NCBI GenBank assembly: GCA_963740355.1
Contig: CAVUDW010000002.1
Span: 1,408,001 to 1,472,000 of the forward strand
Length of the DNA stretch: 64,000 nucleotides
Reading direction: 5' to 3'
Source: an uncultured Gemmatimonadaceae bacterium
GTDB lineage: Bacteria > Gemmatimonadota > Gemmatimonadetes > Gemmatimonadales > Gemmatimonadaceae
A program made the translations under genes and the position numbers. The notes below the pieces were generated by a model. It worked only from the letters and a program-made list of their open reading frames with translations. It was not told where the DNA came from and ran no database searches. Below, piece by piece: positions 39,663-53,767 of the stretch (position 1 is its first letter; every line of letters starts with the position of its first letter).

Positions 39663-40588
39663 GCGGCACCGCCCAGGCTGCGCACTGCGTGTGCGCACAC
39701 CATCATGCCGAGCACGGAGAACGGCACACCGAATCCGCTGTACCACAACGCCTTCTTCACCGGGTCACGGAGGAACGTCGGCAGCAACAGCTGCTGGATG
39801 GTGATCAACACCAGCAAGGCGACCGCATGCGCTGGGCGCTGCCAGGCGAAGAGCAACAAGCCAAACGCAATCACCTGCGGAAGCACGATGACGATGCCAG
39901 CCAGTCGTGCGGCGCGGTCGGGGCCGAGTTGCACTGGCAGCGACCAGACACCGAGTTGCCGATCACCCTCGATTGCCTTGAAGTCGTTGAGCGTCATGAT
40001 GCCGTGGGCACCAACGCTGTAGAGCAAGGCGAGCGTGACGACGCGGATGTTCGGCCAGGTGCCGAGCATGACGACGGCGCCGGTGATCCACGCCAGTCCT
40101 TCATAGGTGAGGCCGACTGCGGCATTGCCGAACCAGCCGTCTGCCTTGAGGCGCAGCGGCGGCGCGCTGTAGGCCCATGACAGTGCCACGGCGATGCAGG
40201 TGGCAATCAATCCGGCCTGACCGAAGGCCGCGCCCACGGCGATCGTCGCAGCGCTCCAGAGGATCGCGATGATCAGGCCCCACGCGCCGGGAATGCGGCC
40301 GGACGGAATGGGGCGCTGCGGTTCATTGATGGCGTCGACATGGCGATCGAACCAGTCGTTCACCGCCTGGCTGCCGGCGCAGGAGAGCGGGCCGGTGAGC
40401 GCGATGCCCAGCGCGAACAATCACCAGCGGCCCTCCATGCTGACTCCGGCACTGACCACCCCGCAGGCGAATGCCCACATCGGGGGGAACCAGGTAACCG
40501 GCTTCAGCAACTCGAGCACGGCACCGGGGCTTGGGAAGCGCCGGTCGTGCGAGTGTAAACGAGGGCTGACGGATTCCAGTGTCAACAT
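39659..40588 (-). CDS. bchG: Bacteriochlorophyll synthase with in-frame TGA at 40421-40423
   Basis: LELLKPVTWFPPMWAF upstream of the stop; NDWFDRHVDAINEP.RPIPSG and NDFKAIEGD downstream, same frame; start uncertain. Confidence 0.92.
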
Positions 40589-40597
40589 TTCCTGACA
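40554..40597. promoter_or_regulatory. Tandem PpsR/CrtJ boxes at the bchG 5' end
   Basis: TGT-AAACGAGGGCTG-ACG (40554-40571) and TGT-CAACATTTCCTG-ACA (40580-40597), 8 bp apart. Confidence 0.8.
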
Positions 40598-40644
40598 GTG
40601 CGGCGAAAAACGACGGTCCGCAAGGTGCCAGACGGGTACAGCGG

Positions 40645-42069
40645 TTACTCGGGTGTGGAGAGGGCGTTGTCCGGGCTATCCAGCAGCCGGTGACGCCGCA
40701 ATTTGACGTAGAGACTCTGCCGGCTCACGCCCAGCACTTCGGCGGCGGAGGTGCGGTTGTCGTCGGTCAATTCCAGGGCCGCTTCGATGAAGTGGCGCTC
40801 GACCAGGTCGGTCGTGTCGCGCACCAGTTCCCGAAGCGAGACTCGACCCACCAGCGAGGTCAACTGTTCCACCGCGCGCGTCAGGTCGCGCGCGCCCTGT
40901 GGGCCGGCTGCCAAGCGGCGGCCAACATCGCGCAGCATGAAGCCGATGGCTGGGTGATCGGAGTCCGGCAGCCATGCCGCCGACACCTCGACCTCGGTCG
41001 CCAGGCCATGAACGCCGCGCGCAGATGTCAACGCCAAGCGGACTGCGCCATTGCGCTTCAGCATCGTCAGGAAGACATCGAAGTCCGCCCCTGGCCGACC
41101 GATCCAGGCGCTGATGTCCTCGCCTCGCACCTGCTCATCCGATGCCAACTGCACCAGGTCGAGGAAGGCGCGGTTGGCATACGTCACCGAGCCGGAGATA
41201 TCCGTGATCACGAACGCGTCCGGCGATTGCTCCAGCAGGGCCGCAATCCGGCTCCGCTCGCCGCCGTCGCCGAGATGCCGTTCGCCTTCGACAGGTGAAA
41301 ATCGAATCAACAGCAAGGTGCTGCTGTCCTGCCGGAACGTGGAGGCGCTGACGCTGTATGGCACAGCACCTCGGGCGAGATGCACCCGGACATCGCTGCT
41401 CTTGCCGACCGCCCGCGCGTTCGCCACCGCATCACCAACGGCCCGCAAATCCTCCGCGGCAATGCCGAAGGGAAAGCTGCGTCCCGTCAGTTTTTCCGGT
41501 GCTTCGCCAAAGAGCTTCCCCGCCGAGGCGTTCGCATCCATGACCTTCATCGTCGCACTGTCGACGACGAGAATGGTTTCCGCCGCGAGCTGGAAGAGCA
41601 GGCGATAGCGCGTCTCGACGTGCCGCAGGCGCCAGTAGTCGCGTTCCATCGCCTGCTGCGCCTCGACCAATCGCTGCTGCAGCGCCGAGACGGTGCGCAT
41701 GTCCCGGCCGGCCGCCACGAAAGCTCCGTCTCGGCCAACCCGCATCACGGTGTAGGATACCGGCAGGTCGTTCCCGCCGGGCAGCACATGGTTCACCTGG
41801 CGCCGTCGTCCGGAGGACTTGCTCCCCGCATCACGCAGCAGTGCTTCGACCTTGCCGCGGGTCTCCGTCGTGACCGTCTGTGCCCAATGCTGGCCAACCC
41901 ACTTGTCGATGCCCGCGTCGCGCAGTTCCGCGTCGGTCGCGACCACGGCGCGGACGACGCCCGTACGGTCGACGATCACCGCCAGATCGCCCGTGTTCGC
42001 GACCAGGTCGGCCGCGAGCTGTGGGTCGAGATCCGCGAGGCCACCGTCGACGGCGCGGGAAGAACTCAC
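40645..42069 (-). CDS. ppsR: Photosynthesis repressor PpsR (PAS domains + Fis-type HTH)
   Basis: LQQRLVEAQQAMERDY.RLR..ETRYR.LF; IEAAL.LT.DNR.SAAE.LG.SRQSLYVKL. Confidence 0.95.
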   Translation of the reverse strand: MSSSRAVDGGLADLDPQLAADLVANTGDLAVIVDRTGVVRAVVATDAELRDAGIDKWVGQHWAQTVTTETRGKVEALLRDAGSKSSGRRRQVNHVLPGGNDLPVSYTVMRVGRDGAFVAAGRDMRTVSALQQRLVEAQQAMERDYWRLRHVETRYRLLFQLAAETILVVDSATMKVMDANASAGKLFGEAPEKLTGRSFPFGIAAEDLRAVGDAVANARAVGKSSDVRVHLARGAVPYSVSASTFRQDSSTLLLIRFSPVEGERHLGDGGERSRIAALLEQSPDAFVITDISGSVTYANRAFLDLVQLASDEQVRGEDISAWIGRPGADFDVFLTMLKRNGAVRLALTSARGVHGLATEVEVSAAWLPDSDHPAIGFMLRDVGRRLAAGPQGARDLTRAVEQLTSLVGRVSLRELVRDTTDLVERHFIEAALELTDDNRTSAAEVLGVSRQSLYVKLRRHRLLDSPDNALSTPE

Positions 42070-43007
42070 GGTGACGGTGCGGAAAGGGGCGGTGATGAGT
42101 CGTCAAGCGAAGCGCGGCGCGCATGAACCAGCGTCCGGGCGACCATCGGCCCCTGTGCCGCGTCTGGCGCCGACGCATCGGCACCGACGACACCCACGAG
42201 CGATGGGTCGTTCAGGAACGCTTGCCCACCCACCATGATCGCGAGATCGGCGTTGAGCGAGGCTTCCCGAATACTAGTGACTAGCTCCGTGATTTTCGGG
42301 ATGCGCTCGACGAGCCCCGCGGAGAGGCCGACGACATCGTACCAGTGGACAGCGATCTCATGCACAACTTCCGAGTTGCCGAGGGGATGGCCGACAGTCA
42401 CGCCCCAGCCGTCCGCCACGAAAAACTCCGCAACCATGGCCAGCCCGAGGGAGTGCTGCTCGTCGGGCATGGCGCAGAGAAACGCCTGTCCGGCATCCGC
42501 CGACATGGGTGTCTCTGCCGCTACCCGGCGGCCCAGATCCCGCACCACGCGCTGCATCCGGCCGAGGCCGAGCGTCACCTCGAGGAAATCGGCCTCGTCC
42601 TCCTCCCACATCGTCCCCAGCGTTCGGGCCGCGGGCGCGAGGAGCTGCAGGCAGATCCGCTCCAGCGGCTGCCCGCTGTCGATCATCTCGGTGATGATGC
42701 TGGGGCAGCGCTCCTCGTCGTGCGACAGGCAGGCCGCCACGAAGCGATCCACATCGGCCGGCGTGATTTCCTGCCCAGCCCGTGCGGGCCAAGTCGCCTC
42801 GGTCCCGGCCCCGCGCGCATGGGCGAGCAGGCGCGGAATGAGCTCCAGCTCCATGGCACGTCCTACGGAGGCGCCTCGGACACGTGGCACCTCGCACTCG
42901 GCGTGCGGTTGGTTACCGAAGGACGGATGTAGCGAGGTTGACAACGGGCCCCTCCGGGCAGGGACTGATGGGACACCTACCGGACGCCTACGATTCCGCC
43001 TGGGCAT
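42066..43007 (-). CDS. aerR: Cobalamin-binding regulator AerR/PpaA
   Basis: IPRLL.AH, LAPAAR.LG.MWEED...F.EVT.G, EQHSLG..MV.EFF...GW; upstream of ppsR; start uncertain. Confidence 0.9.
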   Translation of the reverse strand: MPRRNRRRPVGVPSVPARRGPLSTSLHPSFGNQPHAECEVPRVRGASVGRAMELELIPRLLAHARGAGTEATWPARAGQEITPADVDRFVAACLSHDEERCPSIITEMIDSGQPLERICLQLLAPAARTLGTMWEEDEADFLEVTLGLGRMQRVVRDLGRRVAAETPMSADAGQAFLCAMPDEQHSLGLAMVAEFFVADGWGVTVGHPLGNSEVVHEIAVHWYDVVGLSAGLVERIPKITELVTSIREASLNADLAIMVGGQAFLNDPSLVGVVGADASAPDAAQGPMVARTLVHARRASLDDSSPPLSAPSP

Positions 43008-43104
43008 CGTTGCCGCAAGTCTGGAGTGCCGGTGAGGTGAAGAAACCCGCACTCCGCTAGTTGTCAAATTCCGGACGGGTCTCGAAGTCGATTTCCGGCC
43101 AGAG

Positions 43105-43122
43105 TGTCAGCTTTCCTTGACA
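43105..43122. promoter_or_regulatory. PpsR box between aerR and bchF
   Basis: TGT-CAGCTTTCCTTG-ACA (TGT-N12-ACA). Confidence 0.8.
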
Positions 43123-43193
43123 CTTTCCCTCCCGCGGGTAGCCTCGAATGCAACGGTTACTCGGAGTGCGACGCAGTGATTGATGGTGGATTG

Positions 43194-45022
<1,829 letters not shown>

Positions 45023-45026
45023 TTTC

Positions 45027-46727
45027 ATGCAACTGACGCTCTGGACCTACGAAGGGCCGCCACATGTTGGTGCGATGCGCATCGCGACATCGATGCGCGA
45101 CGTGCACTACGTGTTGCACGCGCCGCAGGGTGACACCTATGCCGACCTGCTGTTCACGATGATCGAGCGGCAGGACAAGCGGCCTCCGGTGACCTATACC
45201 ACGTTCCAGGCACGGGATCTTGGCGGTGACACGGCCAACATCGTGACCCGCGCCGTGCAGGATGCCGTCGATCGATTTGCGCCGAAGGCACTGCTGGTGG
45301 GTGAGAGCTGCACCGCCGAATTGATCCAGGACAACCCTGGCAGCCTGGCGATGGGCATGAACCTGTCGATGCCGATCGTGCCGCTCGAGCTGCCGTCGTA
45401 TTCGAAGAAGGAAAACTGGGGTGCGGCCGAGACGTTCTACCAGCTGGTGCGCACCCTGCTGCTGGAACGCTCCAAGACGCGCGAGCCACGCCCGACACGC
45501 GACGGGCGACGTCCGCGCGTGAACCTGATGGGTGGCACGATCCTCGGATTCCGTTGCCGCGACGACATCGCCGAAGTCACCAAGCTGCTCAACAGCATCG
45601 GCGTGGACGTACACGTGAGCGCCCCGCTGGGTGCGGATCCTGACGATCTGCGACGAATTCCGGATGCCGACGCGAACGTCTGCCTCTATCCGGAAATTTC
45701 GCTCACGACCTGCAGCTGGTTGAACCGCACCTTCCAGATGCCGACGATCACGACGGTGCCGATCGGTGTTGGGGCCACGCGCGATTTCATCGCTGAAGTC
45801 GGGCGCGTTCTCCAGATCGACGTCTCGATGGTGCTGGGCGGGGAGACGGCGGGTGCCGCCTCGCTGGGCAGCAGCCAGTCGCGCATGCCGTGGTACTCCC
45901 GTTCGGTGGACGCCACGTACCTCACGGGCAAGCGCGTCTTCATCTTCGGCGACGGCACCCACGTCGTGGCAGCCGCGCGCATTGCGAGCGAGGAGCTGGG
46001 CTTCAAGGTGGTCGGCGTCGGCACCTACAGCCGCGAGATGGCGCGTGACGTGAAGGCCTGCGCCGAGAAGTACGGTGTCACCGCGCTGATCACGGATGAC
46101 TATCTCGACGTCGAGCGCACGGTGGCTGAACTGCAGCCGGAACTGGTGCTTGGCACGCAGATGGAACGCCACATCGCGAAGCGGTTGGGCGTGCCGTGCT
46201 CGGTGATCTCCACGCCGATCCACGTGCAGGACGTGCCGGCGCGGTATTCGCCGCAGATGGGCTTCGAAGGCGCGAACGTGATCTTCGACGCCTGGGTGCA
46301 TCCGCTGATGATGGGGCTCGAGGAGCACCTGCTGCAGATGTTCCGCGAGGATTTCGAGTTCGGCGACGGCGCCACGCCGTCGCATCTGCATAGCGTCGCG
46401 CCGACGAGGCCTGAGGCCTCTGCCGGTGTGATGGTGCCGACGTCGCAAGACGCCGTCATCACGCCCGTCGTCTCGGAGCCGGCGCACGCGTCGGTGCAAA
46501 CGCCCACGGCCACCACTGTGGTCGAGGCGTCGGGTGCGCCCAGTGTCACGGCGACCGAGGTGGCGGCGCCGGTGTGGTCACCCGATGGCGAAAAGGAACT
46601 GTCGAAGATCCCGTTCTTCGTGCGCGGCAAGGCCCGCCGCAACACGGAGAAGTACGCCGTCGCACAGGGGATCGGGCTGATCACCGTCGAGACGCTCTAC
46701 GAGGCCAAGGCGCACTATGGCCGGTGA
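45027..46727 (+). CDS. bchB: DPOR subunit B
   Basis: [27 protein letters not shown]-terminal [15 protein letters not shown]. Confidence 0.97.
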   Translation: MQLTLWTYEGPPHVGAMRIATSMRDVHYVLHAPQGDTYADLLFTMIERQDKRPPVTYTTFQARDLGGDTANIVTRAVQDAVDRFAPKALLVGESCTAELIQDNPGSLAMGMNLSMPIVPLELPSYSKKENWGAAETFYQLVRTLLLERSKTREPRPTRDGRRPRVNLMGGTILGFRCRDDIAEVTKLLNSIGVDVHVSAPLGADPDDLRRIPDADANVCLYPEISLTTCSWLNRTFQMPTITTVPIGVGATRDFIAEVGRVLQIDVSMVLGGETAGAASLGSSQSRMPWYSRSVDATYLTGKRVFIFGDGTHVVAAARIASEELGFKVVGVGTYSREMARDVKACAEKYGVTALITDDYLDVERTVAELQPELVLGTQMERHIAKRLGVPCSVISTPIHVQDVPARYSPQMGFEGANVIFDAWVHPLMMGLEEHLLQMFREDFEFGDGATPSHLHSVAPTRPEASAGVMVPTSQDAVITPVVSEPAHASVQTPTATTVVEASGAPSVTATEVAAPVWSPDGEKELSKIPFFVRGKARRNTEKYAVAQGIGLITVETLYEAKAHYGR

Positions 46728-49700
46728 GACGTTGCCGCCGCTGAAGTTCGTCATCATCACGCTGGATTCACATCTGGCGGGCGCCGTCGCGGAAGCGGCG
46801 GCGATCGTGGTGCGGCAGCTGCCGTCTATCGACCTTCGGGTGCACGTGGCGTCTGACTGGCCGGAGAATCCGGCATCGCTCGATCGCTGCAAGGCCGATA
46901 TCGCCACTGGCGACATCATCGCCGTCACACAGTGCTTCCAGGACGAGCAGGTGTCGGCGATTCGCGAGGCGCTGCTGGCGCGGCGCGATCACTGCGACTC
47001 GATGCTCGTTGCCGTATCCGCCGCGGAACTCGTGCGATGCACGAAGATGGGCAAGTTCGATCTGGGTGGCGCAGAAGAAAAGAAGCCGAAGCCCTGGTCG
47101 CCCCTCGGCATCCTGAAGAAGCTGCGCGGTAGTCGCGGTGACGGAAAGTCGAGCGGCGAGCGCCAGATGACGGCGCTGAAGGCGATGCCGAAACTGCTCA
47201 AGTTCATTCCTGGGCCAGCACAGGACGTCCGCGTCTACCTGCTGAGCATCCAGTACTGGCTGGCGGGCACCTCGGAGAACATCGCCAACCTTATCCTGCT
47301 GCACGTCGAGAAGTACGCGAATGGTCCGCGAAAGGTGTTGCGTGCGCAGGCCAAGGCCGAGCCGCCGCGCAACTATCCCGAGGTCGGACTGTGGCACCCC
47401 GAGATGAAGGGTGAACACGGGATCACGGAGTCGCTGGCTGCGCTGCCGACGAGTGGTGCCGCGGGGACCGTGGGTGTGCTGCTCGGCCGCAGCTACCTGC
47501 TGGCCGACAACGTCGCGCATTACGTGGCGGTCGTGCGGGCCTTCGAACAGCGCGGGCTGCGCACCATTCCAGCCTTTGCCAGTGCGCTCGATGCGCGACC
47601 GGCGATCGAGAAGTACTTCCTCGATGCGAACGGCCGGTCGCGTGTGGATTGTGTGGTGTCGCTGACCGGCTTCTCGCTGGTGGGCGGGCCCGCGTACAAC
47701 GATGCGATCGCTGCGCAGGCCACGCTCAGTCAGCTCGACGTGCCGTACTTCTGCTTGCAGACGCTGGAGTTCCAGTCGACGCCCGAGTGGCAGAACGATC
47801 CGCGCGGGTTGAATCCGCTGCAGGCGACACTTCAGGTCGCGATCCCGGAACTGGACGGTGCGATTGGTCCGACCGTCTTCGCCGGCAAGGTGGGATCGGC
47901 GAAGGGCGTGGAAAACGCGGAATCGCTGCCGATCACGGAACGCGTCGAGACGATGGCCGACCGCGTTGCGAAGATGATCCGCATGCGCCGCACCGCGCGC
48001 GCCGAGCGGAAGGTGGCGGTGGTGTTGTTCAACTTCCCGCCCAATGCAGGCAATACGGGTAGCGCCGCCTACATCGACTGCTTCCACTCGCTGTACAACA
48101 CGATGGTCGCGATGCGCGAGGCCGGCTACACCGTCACGGTGCCGGACTCGGTGGATGCGCTGCGGAACGCGGTGATCCAGGGCAATCGGGAGCAGTACGG
48201 CTCCGTCGCCTCCGTCTTTGCGCGCGTCCCGACCGATGACCATGTGCGGCGCGAGCGATACCTGCCGCAGATCGAGGGCGCATGGGGTGCCGCGCCAGGC
48301 AAGCAGTTCGCGGATGGCTACGGCATCCAGATTCTCGGCGCCGAGTTCGGCAACGTGTTCGTTGGCGTGCAACCGTCGTTCGGATGGGAAGGGGATCCGA
48401 TGCGGTTGCTCTTCGAGGGCAACTTTGCGCCGACGCATGCCTTCAGTGCGTTCTATCGCTGGCTGCGTGAGGATTGGGGCGCTCATGTCGCGCTGCACTT
48501 CGGCACCCACGGCGCGCTCGAGTTCATGCCTGGCAAGCAGGCGGGGCTCACCGATCAATGCTGGCCGGATCGCCTCATCGGCGACCTGCCGAACGTCTAC
48601 CTCTACGCCTCGAACAACTCGTCCGAAGGGACGTTGGCGAAGCGTCGCGGTGGTGCTACGACGCTGATCAGCTATCTCACGCCGTCTGTCTCGGCGGCTG
48701 GCCTGTACAAGGGCCTCCTCGACCTCAAGGCGACGTTCGAGCGCTGGCGTGGCATGGACGAGCGCACCAGCGAGGGCGAGCGTCTTTCGGTCGTGGCACT
48801 GCTGCAGGAACAGGCGTGTGCACTCGAACTGACGACGCCGATTCCACAGTGGACGCCAGCCGATGGCGTCGTGATCGAGCAGGTGCGCCAGAAGCTGCTG
48901 GAAGTCGAGCAGGCGCTGATTCCGGTCGGCCTCCACATCGTGGGTAAGGTGCCGACGGTGGAGGAACGCGCCGACATGCTGCTGGCGATCGCGAACGTGG
49001 GCCGACCCGACGCCGATGTGGCGCCGTTCGGCGACACGGTGCGATCGGCCGCACGGAGCGCGATGACGGTCGAGCAGCTGGAACATGCCGCCCGCGAGAT
49101 CGTGATGGCTGCGGTCTCAGCGGGCGATGCGTCGACGGGCATGCGGGTGGCCGAGAGCCATGGCATTGCGGCCACGTCGCTCGAGCCGACACTGCGCGGG
49201 CTGATGGCGCTGGACGAGATGCTGGCCGTGGATTCGGAGATTCCGGGCATGCTGCGCGCGATGGACGGCCGCTACGTGACGGCGGCGCCGGCGGCAGACC
49301 TGGTGCGCAACACGGCGGTATTGCCGACGGGGCGCAACCTGTATGGCTTCGATCCCTACAAGGTGCCGAGCCCGTACGCGCTGAAGGAAGGTTCGATTCG
49401 TGCCGAGCAACTCATCGCGCGGCATGTGGCGGACGGCAATGACTTCCCCGAGACGGTGGCCTTCGTGCTCTGGGGCACGGACAACATGAAGTCGGAAGGC
49501 ACTCAGCTGGCGCAGGTCCTGGCGCTGATGGGTGTCGTTCCGCGCTTCGATGGGGTCGGGCGGCTCTGTGGTGCGCGCCTGTTGACGCTCGAGCAACTCG
49601 GTCGGCCACGCGTGGACGTGGTCGCGTCGCTGTCTGGCATCTTCCGTGACCTGCTGCCGCTCCAGGTGAAGCTGCTGGCCGAGGCAGCATTGCTCTGTGC

Positions 49701-50514
49701 CAGCGCGGACGAGCCAGAGGCGCAGAACTTCGTGCGCAAGCACACGCTGGCCGCGATGCGGGATGACGGCGTGGATCTCGAGACCGCCGCGCTCCGCGTT
49801 TTCGGCAACTCCGAAGGCACCTATGGCTCGAACGTGAACCTGCTGCTCGAGACCGGGCGCTGGGAAGACGAGGACCAGCTGGCCGACCTGTTCGTGCAGC
49901 GCAAGGGCTTCGCGTACGGCGTGGACGGCAAGTGTCGCGCAGGCCAGAAGATGATGAAGCGTGCCTTGGGCACCGCATCACTGAGCTTCCAGAACGTCGA
50001 CTCGGTGGAGCTTGGCGCCACCGACATCGACCAGTATGTCGAGGCGTTGGGTGGTGTGAATCGCGTCATCGAGCAGCAGCAGCAGAAGAAGGTGGCCTGC
50101 TACATGGGCGACCACACTGGAAAGGACGGGAAGATTCGCACGCTCGAGGAACAGGTGGTGCTCGAGACGCGAACGCGCGCGTTGAACCCGAAGTGGTATG
50201 AAGGGCAGCTGGTGCACGGTTATGAAGGGGTGCGCAACATCGCCGGTCACATCGCCACGACCGTGGGTTGGTCATCCACCACGGGCAGCGTACCGGGGTG
50301 GGTCTACGGCGACATGGCGCAGACCTTTGTGCTCGATGCCGAGATGCGCGACCGGTTGGCAAGCCTCAATCCCTCGGCCGCCGCAGGCATGGCGACCAAG
50401 TTGCTGGAGGCGAATGATCGCGGGTACTGGTCGCCGGACGCCGCGACGCTGGATGCGTTGCGCGATGCGTCGGCCGAGCTGGAAGACCGTCTCGAAGGTG
50501 TAGTGGCCCGATGA
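46717..50514 (+). CDS. bchH: Magnesium chelatase subunit H
   Basis: [49 protein letters not shown]. Confidence 0.97.
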   Translation: MAGETLPPLKFVIITLDSHLAGAVAEAAAIVVRQLPSIDLRVHVASDWPENPASLDRCKADIATGDIIAVTQCFQDEQVSAIREALLARRDHCDSMLVAVSAAELVRCTKMGKFDLGGAEEKKPKPWSPLGILKKLRGSRGDGKSSGERQMTALKAMPKLLKFIPGPAQDVRVYLLSIQYWLAGTSENIANLILLHVEKYANGPRKVLRAQAKAEPPRNYPEVGLWHPEMKGEHGITESLAALPTSGAAGTVGVLLGRSYLLADNVAHYVAVVRAFEQRGLRTIPAFASALDARPAIEKYFLDANGRSRVDCVVSLTGFSLVGGPAYNDAIAAQATLSQLDVPYFCLQTLEFQSTPEWQNDPRGLNPLQATLQVAIPELDGAIGPTVFAGKVGSAKGVENAESLPITERVETMADRVAKMIRMRRTARAERKVAVVLFNFPPNAGNTGSAAYIDCFHSLYNTMVAMREAGYTVTVPDSVDALRNAVIQGNREQYGSVASVFARVPTDDHVRRERYLPQIEGAWGAAPGKQFADGYGIQILGAEFGNVFVGVQPSFGWEGDPMRLLFEGNFAPTHAFSAFYRWLREDWGAHVALHFGTHGALEFMPGKQAGLTDQCWPDRLIGDLPNVYLYASNNSSEGTLAKRRGGATTLISYLTPSVSAAGLYKGLLDLKATFERWRGMDERTSEGERLSVVALLQEQACALELTTPIPQWTPADGVVIEQVRQKLLEVEQALIPVGLHIVGKVPTVEERADMLLAIANVGRPDADVAPFGDTVRSAARSAMTVEQLEHAAREIVMAAVSAGDASTGMRVAESHGIAATSLEPTLRGLMALDEMLAVDSEIPGMLRAMDGRYVTAAPAADLVRNTAVLPTGRNLYGFDPYKVPSPYALKEGSIRAEQLIARHVADGNDFPETVAFVLWGTDNMKSEGTQLAQVLALMGVVPRFDGVGRLCGARLLTLEQLGRPRVDVVASLSGIFRDLLPLQVKLLAEAALLCASADEPEAQNFVRKHTLAAMRDDGVDLETAALRVFGNSEGTYGSNVNLLLETGRWEDEDQLADLFVQRKGFAYGVDGKCRAGQKMMKRALGTASLSFQNVDSVELGATDIDQYVEALGGVNRVIEQQQQKKVACYMGDHTGKDGKIRTLEEQVVLETRTRALNPKWYEGQLVHGYEGVRNIAGHIATTVGWSSTTGSVPGWVYGDMAQTFVLDAEMRDRLASLNPSAAAGMATKLLEANDRGYWSPDAATLDALRDASAELEDRLEGVVAR

Positions 50515-51498
<984 letters not shown>

Positions 51499-51501
51499 GC
51501 C

Positions 51502-52254
51502 ATGGCAGCACCATCGACGGACGCTGGGACACCCGGGAGCGCCTCGTACACTGAGCGGCGCGCCTGGCTGCACGAATATTTCGACCGGACGGCGGCCGGG
51601 GCCTGGGCCACGCTGACGTCCGACAGCAAGGTGAGCTGGGTGCGCCGGACCGTCCGGGAAGGCCGGGAGCGGATGCGGCATACGCTTTCCGGGTACCTGC
51701 CGGCCGACCTGACGGGGCTTCGGGTGCTCGACGCGGGGTGTGGCACAGGGGTACAGGCGGTCGAACTGGCCCGGCGCGGGGCCTCGGTTGTTGCGATTGA
51801 CCTCTCGCCAACGCTGGTGGGGCTAGCCGAGACGCGGTCTGCGGGGAAATTCGAGGGAGGAACGATCGAGTGGCGGTCGGGCGACATGCTCGACCCACAG
51901 CTCGGCTCGTTCGATTTCGTGGTGGCGATGGATTCCCTCATTCACTACACGCTCTCTGACATGCTGGATGCCTACGCCGCCTTGGCGGCGCGCACTCGGA
52001 TCGGGATGGCCGTGACGTTCGCTCCGCGGACGCCATTGCTGGCGACGCTGCACGCGGTGGGCGGGATGTTTCCGCGCCGCGATCGCGCGCCGCAGATCGA
52101 GCCGGTGGCGCAGGCTGCGTTGCTGGCGGGTGTGGCTGCCGATGCGCGGCTCGCCAACTGGCAGCCGGGCCGGACGCAGCGCATCGAAAGCGGGTTCTAC
52201 AAGTCGCAGGCGCTGGAACTGCGCCGCGCAACGGGGGCGAACGCGTGTGGATAG
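51502..52254 (+). CDS. bchM: Mg-protoporphyrin IX methyltransferase
   Basis: YFDRTA...W..LT, VLDAGCGTG, MDSLIHY, TFAPRTP. Confidence 0.96.
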   Translation: MAAPSTDAGTPGSASYTERRAWLHEYFDRTAAGAWATLTSDSKVSWVRRTVREGRERMRHTLSGYLPADLTGLRVLDAGCGTGVQAVELARRGASVVAIDLSPTLVGLAETRSAGKFEGGTIEWRSGDMLDPQLGSFDFVVAMDSLIHYTLSDMLDAYAALAARTRIGMAVTFAPRTPLLATLHAVGGMFPRRDRAPQIEPVAQAALLAGVAADARLANWQPGRTQRIESGFYKSQALELRRATGANACG

Positions 52255-52308
52255 TCCTGCTCATTTTTGCGGCAATCTGGTATTTCTCTCGGGAGCGGAA
52301 GTGACGGC

Positions 52309-52638
52309 ATGATGACGATGCAGAACCTGCTGATCGCGATCCTCGTGCTCCTCGGTGTCTGGTTCCTGTACCGCCGCACGATCGATGTGCCGGCGACCAT
52401 CGACCTCGAGGCCACCGATCGCGAACTGCATGCGCACGTGATCCTCGAAGGTGTGGAAGTGAACGAGGGCGATGAAGTCCTGGTCCATGGCGCCCCGACG
52501 CACATCGCGCTGAACGAGAAGCGCACGATGGCAGCGCGGGCCACGGTGTCGAAGGCAAGCCTGCCGCGCCGGATGTGGGAGCGCGTCATGGGACGGACGC
52601 GCATCACCGAACTCTACGAAGTCGGATTCGAGGGCTGA
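52309..52638 (+). CDS. Conserved small PGC protein upstream of acsF
   Basis: N-terminal TM; LHAHV.LEG...GDEV.VHGAP...ELYEV.F resembles the small ORF commonly next to acsF. Confidence 0.7.
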   Translation: MMTMQNLLIAILVLLGVWFLYRRTIDVPATIDLEATDRELHAHVILEGVEVNEGDEVLVHGAPTHIALNEKRTMAARATVSKASLPRRMWERVMGRTRITELYEVGFEG

Positions 52639-52644
52639 GACGAT

Positions 52645-53733
52645 ATGTACAACGTTGCAGATGAACGCGCGGAGCTGACGGCAGACGTCACATCCACCGC
52701 AGAAAGCACCGCCGTCGCGGCGCAGGATGCGGCGCTCAACCCGCGGTTCTACACCACGGATTTCGATGAACTGAACAAGCTCGACTTCTCGTCGATGCGC
52801 GCGCAGTGGGACGCGATGGTGGAGGAGTTCCGCTCCGACCCCAATCGCAACCACTTCAAGCGGACGGCGGAATTCGACGAGGACTTCTCGAAGCTGCCGC
52901 CTAAGCTGCGCCAGGAGTTCGTGGACTTCCTGATCAGCTCCGTCACGGCCGAGTTCTCCGGCTGCATCCTGTACGCCGAAATCAAGAAGCGGTGCACGAA
53001 CCCCGATGTGCGCGAGCTGTTCGGGTACATGAGCCGCGACGAGGGCCGGCACGCCGGCTTCATCAATCACACGTTGAACGACTTCAACGTGCGTGTCGAC
53101 CTCAGCTTCCTCACGCGCGCGAAGAAGTACACGTTCTTCAAGCCCAAGTTCATCTACTACGCGACGTACCTGTCCGAGAAGATCGGCTACGCGCGCTACA
53201 TCACGATCTTCCGCAACTTCGAGCAGCAGCCCGACAAGCGGTGGCACCCGATCTTCAAGTGGTTCGACAACTGGTGCCACGATGAGTTCCGGCATGGCGA
53301 GGCGTTTGCGGTCCTGATGCGCGCCAACCCCGAGACGCTGCAGGGGATCAACAAGTACTGGATCCGCTTCTTCCTGCTGGCCGTGTTCTGCACCATGTAC
53401 GTGCGCGATCACATCCGGGCCTCGTTCTTCGGCGCGATGGGGATGTCGGTGGACGAGTACGACCGCAAGGTGATCAAGCTCACGAGCCTGATCAGCAAGC
53501 AGGTCTTCCCGGTCAGCCTCGACCTCGAGAGCCCGCGCATCTGGGAATTGTTCGAGAAGATGTTCCAGATCACGCAGGCGATCGAGGCCACGAAGCGCAT
53601 TCCCGGCATCGGATCGGCGCTGCGCCGTGCGATGCTCAAGGTCTCGGTGGTGACGACGTTCGTGCAGCTCTACTTCCTGCCAGTCGAGTCGAACGAACTG
53701 CCGGCGAACGTGCGGATGGAGCCGGTGTGGTGA
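52645..53733 (+). CDS. acsF: Oxygen-dependent Mg-protoporphyrin monomethyl ester cyclase
   Basis: PRFYTTDF, TAEFSGC.LY.E, DEGRHAGF, YLSEKIGYARYI, DEFRHG. Confidence 0.97.
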   Translation: MYNVADERAELTADVTSTAESTAVAAQDAALNPRFYTTDFDELNKLDFSSMRAQWDAMVEEFRSDPNRNHFKRTAEFDEDFSKLPPKLRQEFVDFLISSVTAEFSGCILYAEIKKRCTNPDVRELFGYMSRDEGRHAGFINHTLNDFNVRVDLSFLTRAKKYTFFKPKFIYYATYLSEKIGYARYITIFRNFEQQPDKRWHPIFKWFDNWCHDEFRHGEAFAVLMRANPETLQGINKYWIRFFLLAVFCTMYVRDHIRASFFGAMGMSVDEYDRKVIKLTSLISKQVFPVSLDLESPRIWELFEKMFQITQAIEATKRIPGIGSALRRAMLKVSVVTTFVQLYFLPVESNELPANVRMEPVW

Positions 53734-53767
53734 TGTCGGGGCTCAACCTCTACGGTGTGGTCGTGTC

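Noticed and set aside
39659..40588. Genome-wide UGA recoding to explain the bchG stop
   Set aside because: Many genes in the window end correctly at TGA
46380..46575. Insertion in BchB
   Set aside because: Variable Ala/Pro/Thr linker before the C-terminal domain, common in BchB
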